Below, in pieces: positions 53,601-64,000 of a stretch of 64,000 nt of DNA. The notes below the pieces were generated by a model. The model was not told the DNA's origin and made no database searches. It was given only the letters and a program-made list of their open reading frames with translations. The DNA is taken from assembly GCF_009914755.1 (NCBI RefSeq), contig NC_060938.1; one strand, given 5' to 3'. The stretch's first letter is position 1. Each line of letters starts with the position of its first letter. The DNA is from the human T2T-CHM13v2.0 reference genome, Homo sapiens. A program made the translations under genes and the position numbers.

Positions 53601-54818
53601 GTCCAACAGGACAACTGGTCACTGCTGGCACTGCTCTGGGTTTAGCCGTGCCCGCCCAGGCCTGGGCAATCCCGTGGCTGACCTCTGCAGTGATACTGGG
53701 ACTCCACCCGCACAGAGAGGACTCTGAATGTCATCACCATGGCCGCTGGCTGTTGTGCAGCTGCCCCTGGGGGAAAGACACATGCATGCATGTGCGTGTG
53801 TGTGTGTGTACGTGGTGTGTAGGCCTATGTGTATGTAGTGAGGGAGGGGACTGTCACGGTGCTGAGCTAGGTCCCTCAGCCAGGAGGGGTGGCCTGGAGA
53901 GGAGTGAGCTTTGGTCATCACCAGCTCAATTGGGGCCACCCTGACGGTGTGGATTTGGGCTCAAGGCCTCCCGTCTTGCTCCCCTGCCCTCCCCTCCCCC
54001 TCCTTCACTGGCCACACCTCTCCATTTGGATCCTCGACTCCGGGATGACCTGGCTGGCCGCGCCACTGCTCCCTCCTGCCTGGAGACTGGAGTCAGGATG
54101 CAGCAGGTAATGTTTCATCTCACCTCATCTTATCAGGCAGCCGCAGCCCTGCCCCGCTGCCCCCCTCTTTCTGCAGAACCACGTGCTGGGAGCTGGTACA
54201 CCATGTCCTGGGGAGCCCTCGGAGGGTGGGCAGACCCAGCGCGTGCCCAGGGCCAGGGCAAAGCGGGCCAACCCAGGCAGGGAGATGGGACGGCTGTAGT
54301 CACTCCTGGACCTTGGCACAGGCTGCCCCCTGCTCAGAGCGTGCCCTTCCCTGAACTTTGGTTCACTCTGTTCACCCCCTCCAGGAAGGGCTCCCTGACA
54401 TCCCCCCTGGGTCAGGAGCCCTCTTCTCCATCCTCACCCCAGCCCTACAGTGCAAGGGCACAAGGGCTGTCTCCTCATCAGGGCACAGGGGCTGTCTCCT
54501 CCCAGTCAGGGACCCAGTGCCTGCTGCAGGACTGGAGGTGCCCGAGGAGAGCCCAGCCAGCTCTGAGCTCCCAGCTGCGATTTCAGGAAAGGCCTGCAGG
54601 GTGAAGGCCTGGGGACTCTGTCCCCTAGTGAGGGGACAGCTGGGTTTCTGACGAGGGTGGGTGGGGCAGAGCCGCCCGGGGCAGCAGGCTATGTCCCTGG
54701 GCATCCCTCCATGCCCCCTCTCTGCAGGTCACAGGCCGCTGCTGTCCCCACTGATCTCCATCCAACCTGGATTGTAGAGGAAGAGCCCAGGCCCTGGGTA
54801 GCTGCATGGCTGAAAGCA

Positions 54819-55033
54819 CCACACACGAGTCAGGGCAGGCCAAAGCCAGGCCCCCAGTCCCAGCGCCGGCTCTGCCGGCCTCTTCCAGCCACACCCGAGT
54901 CAGGGCGGGCCAAAGCCAGGCCCCCAGTCCCAGCGCGGGCCCTGCCGGCCTCTTCCAGCCACACCCGAGTCAGGGCGGGCCAAACCCAGGCCCCCAATCC
55001 CAGCGCGGGCTCTGCCAGCCTCTTCCAGCCACA
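54819..55033. repeat. Minisatellite, 3 x 70 bp
   Basis: Units start at 54821, 54891 and 54961. Confidence 0.93.
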
Positions 55034-58000
55034 GAACCTACAGAGAGGAGATGGTCAGGGAGCGCATTGGCCTCCAGAGCCCAGGACTGGAAGGAGGCAT
55101 CGGGGCAGGGAATGTGAGACTCTGGCTCTGAGCCTAGTGGGCAGACGCACACAAGCCATGCTTGCTGAGAGATGACCGCCATGGCGGCGGCTGCCCTGCT
55201 AGAGGCAGGAGGGGAGTCAGGTCCAGATCCCAGACCCTCTGTGATGCCCGATGTGCTCCATCCATGGGGACCCCGTGCGGTCCCATTTCTGACACCCACT
55301 CTCTTTCCAGCTCAGGCCTGAGGATGCCCCTCACTCCATCACTGCCACCGGGGGTTCTCACAGCCCCTCACTGGCCTTGCCCTCACTTGGCAGCCAGTGA
55401 CGGCATTATGGCCTCCTCCCCATCACTCTCCTCATTGTACTAAGGGTACAATCTCTCCATCCACTGGGCTCCTGCACCCACATGGATGGCAGGAGACAGC
55501 AGCGGGCAGATGGCCTCGCTCTCTGTTCATCCACAGACTGACTCAGGGATCCTAGGCGTGCCTGTGCCATTCCCCTCGACTTTCCTGGAAAGTGACTTCA
55601 TGCCTTCCCCTCCTGCCTCCCAACTCCCAACACCTCCTCCCCATCCCCACTCAGGCAGATGACCTCGCTTCCTTTTCTTCCCTTTCTGCTGAGAAGTGAA
55701 ACCATCCAAAGGGCACTTTCGCAGATGTCATCTCCACATGCCCCACCTACCAGCATCTGCCCCGACACCCGGTGCCGCCCACCGTTACTTACAGACCAAC
55801 CAGGCAGCCCTCAGCTGGGCTGGACCGTGGCCACTGGCTTCCCCCAGCTGCAGGTGGGGCTCCAGCTAGTCTCCCTCGCTCCTGAACCATCCATTTTTCC
55901 CTCGCTTCCTGGTCATTCTCTGGCAGGCAAACTCGTGGTTGCTCTTCCCATATTGAGAACAACCCTCTCTTCACCCTCCAGGTACAGTCCCTGTTCCCTG
56001 ATCAATGAAAGTGTCTGACCTTTCTGCCTCTGCCTCCTTACTCCTAGCCTGCCGGGATGGGACCAATGCCCACCAGGATCTTGTCCCCTCCATGTCACCG
56101 AACTGGTCCTGTCTCAGCCTTCACCTGACCTGCGCCCTCAGCAGCCAGGCACATGCTGCCTCTCCCTGCTCCCGCACCTCCCACCCTCACTGCGCTCTCC
56201 GGCTGCCCCTTCTCAGGCTCCTCTGTGGGGTGCTCCTCATCTCCTGGCCTCCTGGCACCAGCGTGTCCCGGGGATCTGGCCTCCGGCATCTCCTTCCCTG
56301 GGTGCACTCACCAGTGGCAACCCTAGCCAGCAAATACCATCTCTCTGCTGAGGCCCCCACATTGGCTGCTCCCCAACTCCATTGCCTCACCTTTGTCTCA
56401 TGGGCAGCACAGATCTGCTGGGCGCAGCTGAGCTCCCATCGCCCCTACAAATCCACAGCCTACCCCCACACCCTGCAGCAAGACAAGTCCTCTCCTGTGC
56501 CTCGATGCATCCTTGACTCCTCTCTTTCTCTCCCCATCCTTCCCAGGGTATACCAGGAGCCTCACCTTCTAGGACCACCCACCACACCAGGCCCACTCCT
56601 TTCAAGTGACTGCCGCACAGCCCCATGGCAGTCTCAGCTACTCTCATCTGCTCTCAGCCCGAGACCTCCTTGAAACCAACGTCAGACCCATCCTTGGGGA
56701 GGTGGGCCATCGTGTGCAGGACACACAGCTGGGAGCATGCCGGTGGGGCCAGGGCGCGTCCTGGAGATTGGTGTGGCCGGAGCCTGGGGCCTGGGGGTTG
56801 TTGGGGGGAGCAGACAAGGGGTGGGCCTGGGGTCAGCTGGCAGAAGGCCCTGAGCATGTGCTGAAGTATCTGATCCTCTTCCTGGGGGCCCCAGAGATGC
56901 TCACACCAAGGAGCTCGGGAAGTTGGCTTGGGCTTGGGGCCGTCCCTCTGCTGGGAGAGCAGGGCTAGAGCAGGGAGCCTCAGTGGGGCTGTCTCCGAGA
57001 GCCAAGGGGAGCTGCGCGGTGGGCCCAGGAGGCTCCTGGGCACCCCTGCCTGGGCTCCTCTTTCCCAGCACCAGCCTGTCACCACTGATCGCTACTCCCT
57101 CCTCTCTCCCTCTGGAGAAGATGGGGTTGGCAAGAGGGTGGGGCCGTGCACACCTTGGCCCCGGATCCCCTGCCTCACCCTTCCACACACAGTCAATGTG
57201 CAGGGGCAGGACTGGCAGACAGATGGCCATGGGCCGGCCCCATAGCCAGGAACGAGCTCCTCGTGGGACTCCCAAATTAACCTTTCAGCGCCTGCCACCT
57301 GCCCTGGTGCCCAGGAGAGAAGAGGTCGCAATTCAGCACTTCGATTGCTGGCTTCATTACTGGCCACCAAGGAACCCACGCTGGCTTTGCTAATTTGACC
57401 ACCCCACCAGGCTGCTCACCACTGCAAACAGATGTGGGCAAACTTATTAATTGGATCAGCAGGAGGCCTGTTTTCTGGAATTCCAGGGATCACAGCTGAT
57501 CAGAGCGGTGGACACTTATCAGTAATCGTGGACTGCAGGACCTGGGCCCCCTCCACGCCCTGGGTCTCTCTGGGATGCTCTTGGTCCCTGGCTGGTCCCA
57601 CTCCACGTTCACCTCTGCATAGATGCGCACACAGACACTCACACTCAAGAGGCAAGACCCAGTCTCCAAGAAAAGCCTGCAGCTACGGGGAGGGTTGTCA
57701 GCAGCAGCAATGTTTGGAGGGAGGCGCCGGGGCCGAGGAGAGAGCTGGGGTCACTGGTGGCATCTGCCCTCCCTCCCAAAGCCAGGCCCGGGGCTCCCTA
57801 AGCCTCCCTTTAGTGGTGTCTAGGATCCCCCAATCTCTGCACCAGCCGCGGGGGGCTGAGAGGGTCATGTGGACTATTTACTCTGCTGAATGGTGTGGGC
57901 AGGAGAGGGTGGGTGGCTGAGCAGGCCCCAACCTCAGCAGTCTCTGCTCTGCCACAGGCCACTGGGGCCACTGAGCTTGGCACTCAAGCTCTCAGAGCCT

Positions 58001-59158
58001 CAGTTTCCTCAAGGAGGAATGGGGGCAGAAGCCCCAGCCAGCCCCCAGATGCTCCTGAGATCCGGGGATCATCCCGGCGGCCCTACCGCACTCTGAGCTG
58101 ACAACCTCAGAGCTGCTCCAGATGAAGGGTGATTTGGGCCCAGCTCTGTGTCTTGGGTCCTCCTGTGTCCCCAGCAGCACCACCTGCCCCTGCCTCTCTT
58201 TTCCTTCTCTCTTGCTCAGCAAAGCCCTGCCCAGGGAAGCCCAGCCATGTGCCTCTTCTGGCCCTCACCGGGGATCCCCCAGACACATGGCTGGGGCCTG
58301 TGGGGTGTCCAACCTCAGCAGCCTGGGGTGGTGTGTGGCCAGGGCAGCCTCCCCTCCCTGGGACGGCCATTCCAAATGCCACCACCAGCCCCTCACACTC
58401 CAGCCAGACCCCCAGGACACAGAGAACCAGCAGTGGCTGCTTCCCCGGTCCGGCCAGACCCCCAGGACACAGAGACATGGCACTGGCCACTTCCTGGCAA
58501 ACCCGGACCATCACCCATGCTTAGTGGCCACGAGGGCAGAGGAAGTGGGGCTGAGAGGCCCAGAAGACCTGGTCCCAGGCCCTGCTGCGTTCACCTGACA
58601 AGCATCCCCTGCCCCATCTCCTGCTTCCCGTCTCACGTCCTGCAACTCTGTCCTGCTGCTGCTCAGGACAGACACGAGCTGCCCTCGACACGAGCCCCAG
58701 AGCCTCGGTGGGTCCATCAGGGGATGGAGCATGAGGCCTCTCTCAGGTTGCTTTGCAGACACGGGGGACCTTTAAGAGACAGGCAGTCCCCACTGCAGAG
58801 CTCGGGCCCAGAGGCCTCCAGCCCTCGGAAGGATTTTCTGCCTGTGGTAGTTGGGGGGTGGGGAGGGGGAGCCCCATGCGGGCCTGACATGGAGCCCTGA
58901 GAAACAGGCACGTGGCATCGCCTCCTCTGAAACACCCAGCCACTGCCCCAACCATCGACGGCCCCTGGGGAAAAGTGCAGACAGCCTAGGGTGCGGAAGA
59001 GCTGGCCCCGCCCCCAGCTCAGAGACCCTCAGAGGGCCCCACGCTGCCAGGCCCTCTCCTTCACGGGAATGATGTCACCGCCCAAGGGGTGGGCAGCAAG
59101 GCCCAAGCAGGGCAGAGCCACCCGAGACGGGCAGGCCACAACAGCAAGGCCCAGCTCA

Positions 59159-59596
<438 letters not shown>

Positions 59597-61099
59597 CTAG
59601 GTGCGTCTACCTTCTTAACCACATACCCCATCAGGGAGGCAGGCCTTGCAGAGGAGTGGGAACTCAACTGGGCTGTGGGGACAAAGGCACCCTGGCCCCA
59701 CCTGTAACCCCAACCCCCCAAGTTGATACCATCAGAGCTGCTCCAGATTAGGAGTGACTCCCAGACTCATACCCCAGCTGTCAGTGTCTTGGTTCCTCAC
59801 CCCCTGAGCCCCTAGCTGCAAAGGGAGAAATCAAAGTGAGGCAGTCATTCACACCTTAGTGAGAATTAGTCCATAAGACTTCCTCTAGTAGGATCAAGTT
59901 TAGAAGTGGGGTAGAGAGCCTTGAAGGATCACACTCCGGGAGGGGTGTGGCCTGCTGGGGTAGTGGGTGGGTTGGAGGAGACAAGAGATGGAGAGCAGGG
60001 GGCCTGGGGGAAAGGGACAAGGAAATTCAACAGCCATCCTGAAGGTGGGTGCCGCCAGGTGGCCAGCCCCATCCCCAGGACATCTCTTCCTGAGTTGTCG
60101 GGGCCCAGACCACAATGCAATTAGTTCCCCACCCTCAATGAGCACCTACTGCATGCCCAGAGAACCCAACCTGGATGCTGTCTAGGACAGGGGCCTGCCC
60201 GAAGCAGGTGTGCAGCGGGGCTTTGCTAAATAAAAGGGGACACCTCAAGCCTGTGTGCCCTCAAACCCGCTCCTCCCCCACAGCTGTCCCCACCTCGGGG
60301 GAAGAAAGTCCATCCTTTTAGCTGCTCGTGCCCAATGCCCTGGAGTTGTCTTTGACACCCCCTTTTCCCCCACACCCCATGTCACCCCCATCAGCAGACC
60401 CCGTCGCTCGAGCCTCCAACACATCCAGAACGCAGCACCTCTGCCCTCCTCCATGGCCACCAGCCCTTGCTGTTTCCTGCAGGCCACCGGTACACCTGCT
60501 GCTCCCTCTGCCTGGACCTCCTGGTGCCTTGACCCGGTGGCACCCGCTCAGGGCCTTCCCTGAGCCACGCTGTACAGGTCACCTGCTCCCCGCCCCCCAC
60601 TCACTGCCTTCCTTTCTTTTTGTCCCCGCAGCACTTGTCACCGTGATATTTATTTAACTTAAAAAGTTTTCTGTTCCCGCCGACTAGAAGATTCGCCTGT
60701 GCAGTCATTGCGGCGTCCTCAGCGCCGACAGCAGCCTCTGGTGCTCAGTGAATGCGTGTGGAATCCATGATCAGTGAACAATGAGAGCAGCAGGGCCGGC
60801 TCACGGGGCCCACGCGGGAGACTTGGGTGGGAGAGGGTGCCCTTTGAGGGGGGGCGTGGAGGGGCAGGGCAGGACAGGGTCAGGACCTTCGAGGCCACCT
60901 GCTCTCCATCTGTCTCCATCCCTGGGACATCAGCCTGGCACTTCTGCAGAGTGTCTCAGCCTGGACAAGTGTCCGACATGGACAGGACCACAAGCACCGG
61001 TCATAGGAGTGAAGGAGAGAGTGTGGCCCGAACACCTGGGTGTCCTTGTGCAAAACCAAAACCAGAACCAAAAAGGAGCTCAACCTTGACCTCTAACCA

Positions 61100-62115
61100 C
61101 ATGCAAACCCAAGTTCAAGTGGATGAAAAGCCAATAGCCTCAGTTCTTCAGGAGGGTTCCTTAAACAAGACACAAACGCTTTAATCAGAAAGTGAAAAAA
61201 CCTGACACATTCAACAAAATTAAAATTAAGAACTTTTGTTCATAGAAGGACCGTGTGAACAGCGAGACGCGGCGTCCCCCAGGAGGTGTGGCTGCTGCAT
61301 GTGTAACTGACAGTGTGAAGAGCTCCCACAAATCAATGGGAAAAACACCTTGGTAGAAAATGCGCACGGCCTTCGCCGGTGAGGAAACCCAGCGGGCAGC
61401 AAACCAGGGCAGCCCACCCCAACAACGCTGGAGGGACAGTGATGGGGAGAAGCGGTTTCAAGAGTCTGTTCCGATCTTCCAGAGCTGACCCTATGCGCAC
61501 CCTGTGCCCCGGAGGTTCCACTGAGGGTGCACACCCAGAATCGCAGCCCACATCCCCAGACACCCGCACAGGAGTTTCCTAAGGTGGCCCAGGCTGCACA
61601 GTGCCCGGCAGTCTGCCAGGGAACAAACGGATTTCAGGGAAGCCACCATGACAACAGCAACTGGTAGCTCCACCTACCACCACAAGGGACCCTCACAAAC
61701 AGAATAGTTTTGGTGAAAAAAAGCCACCCCCAAAACACAGGCTGAAGGAATCCAGGTATGAGGTCCCAAAGCAGGCAACATACAACCATCTCTGCTGGGG
61801 ATGCCCTCTCAGGTGGCAGAACCACGAGGACAGCAAGGAACCACTGAGCACAAGGTCGGTGTCCCGGTGACTGCTTGGAGTAGGATGGGGCTGTCTGTGG
61901 GGAAGGGTCTCGGGGGATCTTAGGGGCTGGCCGGGAGCAGGATGGGGCTGTCTGTGGGGAAGGGTCTCGGGGGATCTCGGGGGTTGGCCATGTTGAACTC
62001 CTTGACACAGGTGGTGGTCGCCAGGTGGTCGTTCTAAACTTAACCACTGAACTGTGCGGATATTTATTAATGTCTCTGCAGGCCTATCACAGTTCACGAC
62101 TTTGAAAAATTCTAT
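61100..62115 (+). mobile_element. Very old L1 3' fragments, sense, containing a 2 x 57 bp duplication at 61877-61989
   Basis: aaaattaagaacttttgttcatagaagga, gagctcccacaaatcaat and taccatctctgctgggg-like 3'UTR motifs. Confidence 0.6.
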
Positions 62116-64000
62116 TTTGGGGGGAAAACGTGGACACCAAACAGGAGTAGCTCTGGGCACCCCAGGAGCCATGAGAGGCGACTGACCCACTTCTCTGTTT
62201 GACAGAGGAGGGAACCGAAGCTCAAATAGAAAAAGGGGCTGCCCAGCAGCACGCTGCAGGAGGCAGGCAGGAGGGACCCTGTTTGGAGGGAGAGGAGGGG
62301 ATTAATTTGAGGGATTAGAGGCACAGAGGCTCTGAGCACACGGAGAGCCAGCCGGGACTTGGTAATATCTATAAATATTTGAGAGTCACAAGAATAGTTT
62401 TTCCAAGCAGTCGAAGACAAGATAGCTGAGTGTGGCTGAGCAAGGGTCAAAGGACAAGAGCCAAGGTGGCCAGGCCATCAAATGGTGTGGCTGCATATCT
62501 ACCATGTGGCCCCCCGGCCTGTGGGAGCCCTACTGTGCGCCAGCCTCTGCCAGGCACTGTGGCTGTCAGAACACCAGGGGCCAGACCCCGGCTCTGTTCT
62601 CTGGGGTGCCCATCTGGGGCCCTGGGGAAGACAGAAGACACCCCAGATGTCAGTGGGAGCCCCACTGACCTCCACTCCCCACCCCTTACCTGTCTTCCCT
62701 AAACACATCTGCTCTGGGCAGCCCCCAGGCCTTTGCACCTCTTGGAGGGTGGCCTGTCTGTCCTTGGAAACTCCTACCCATTCTTCATGCCTTGGCTCAA
62801 GTGTCCCTGCTTCCCGGAAGCTCTTCCCAATACCCCAGGCCAGGGTTCACAACCTGGGACCCCAGAGCATTGTGGGCAAACCCCTTCTGTATTCTGTCCG
62901 CTGGCCTAGGAGGATCTGTTGTGGGCCTCTGTCCCCGGCACTGGAGGGCCAACCGGGTCTTTTCACAGAGCTGGTACCCAGAGGGGGCTGGAGTCCACTT
63001 GGGAGGGAGGGGCAAGAGCGTCATGAAAACCCCAGGGAAAAGGCGACAGGGAAGACACAGAGTTTGTCATGTGGACAAGAAGGCAGGGAAGGGCATTCTC
63101 TACAGCAGGGACTGCGTGGGCAAAGGCAGGGGCATGAAGGTGGCAGCTTGTGGGGAACTCGGAAGCAGGGCGACAGCATGGGGGGGCAGCCAGTGGGAGG
63201 GACCAGGGAAGAGAGACCCCTCAATGTACACCTGCCCACCAAAGGGAGCCATTGAGGGCCACAGTGCCACCAGGTGACATGGTCCTTTTGCTCTTCAGCA
63301 AATATTTACAGGACTGTCCCATAAGTCAGTCCTGGCTCCAGGCCCTGGGGGGTGTGGGAGAGGAGGGGGCCAGGACCAGCACTCTCAGAGCTCAATCCAG
63401 ACCCACAGACCCAGCCTGTGATGTGCAGACTCCACAGTCCAGGGGCCAGGAGGCAGGACCGACCATAGGGTCATCCCTGTGGACACTTCAGGACCCCTTC
63501 ACTGTGACCACCGTGTGGTCTGAGGTTCCCCAGAGACCCTCTACCTGGGCCTGCTCTGGGCCAGGTCCCAGGAGAGATGCTTCCACCACAGGGGCTCACG
63601 GCACCCAACATCCCTGCAACCTGGTTGTGGTTAGGACACCCACTTTACAGATGAGAAAACTGAGGCCCAACCAGGGCCAGGACTTTGTCAGTGACTGGGT
63701 CTGTGGGACCCCAAACCCTGTGCCCTTCTGTGCAGGAAGCCATGCTGACCAACTTCCCTTCCACTCCCCTGGGCTTTTGGTTCTGAATCCCAGGCACCAA
63801 ATGCAGGACAGAAACCCACTGGGGCAGCCCCGACACTGGCCAGAAGGGAAGATTCTGGAAAAGCCCTTCAGGCAACTCTGAGAACACTAATTGGGTGAGA
63901 GGGAGAGGAGGGCAGGACCCCTCCCCAGTTCTAGGAGTCCTTGCCCCACGCCACCCCTGGCAACTCCAGAAAGGCCACATGGCCCGATGCAGCCCAGGAG

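Noticed and set aside
58403-58495. 2 x 50 bp degenerate duplication
   Set aside because: A real but ordinary slippage product with no notable content.

Overview
Primate (almost certainly human, 14q32.2) genomic DNA containing the 3' ends of two convergent genes. WDR25 is on the + strand (last three coding exons 22626-22796, 26869-27009, 27621-27842; poly(A) signal 28064-28069). BEGAIN is on the - strand (five coding exons from 44480 down to 35770; poly(A) signal 34966-34971), and its start-codon exon lies beyond the right edge. Positions ~0.7-19 kb are an AT-rich intronic stack of nested, mostly antisense L1, Alu, MaLR and MER58 elements. From ~19.5 kb the DNA is GC-rich with MIR/L2 relics and several tandem repeats. 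Almost all ORFs in the supplied track are artefacts of repeats or GC content. I found no new protein-coding or RNA-gene system. The most unusual signals are structural. (1) A BEGAIN exon is sandwiched between a Z-DNA-type (GC)9(AC)15 tract and a perfect 10x17-bp G-quadruplex-type repeat, with a second acceptor and a Kozak ATG opening an overlapping frame. (2) Rearrangement scars cluster around a (TA)n tract: a hairpin-bounded micro-inversion, a 14-nt copied island and a 353-bp non-tandem duplication. (3) A 1.8-kb triplet-phased CAC/CAT higher-order repeat has grown from a MIR tail. (4) The WDR25 poly(A) signal is MIR-derived. (5) One L1 is a textbook twin-primed 5'-inverted insertion. Repeat subfamily names and most repeat boundaries are by eye and approximate.
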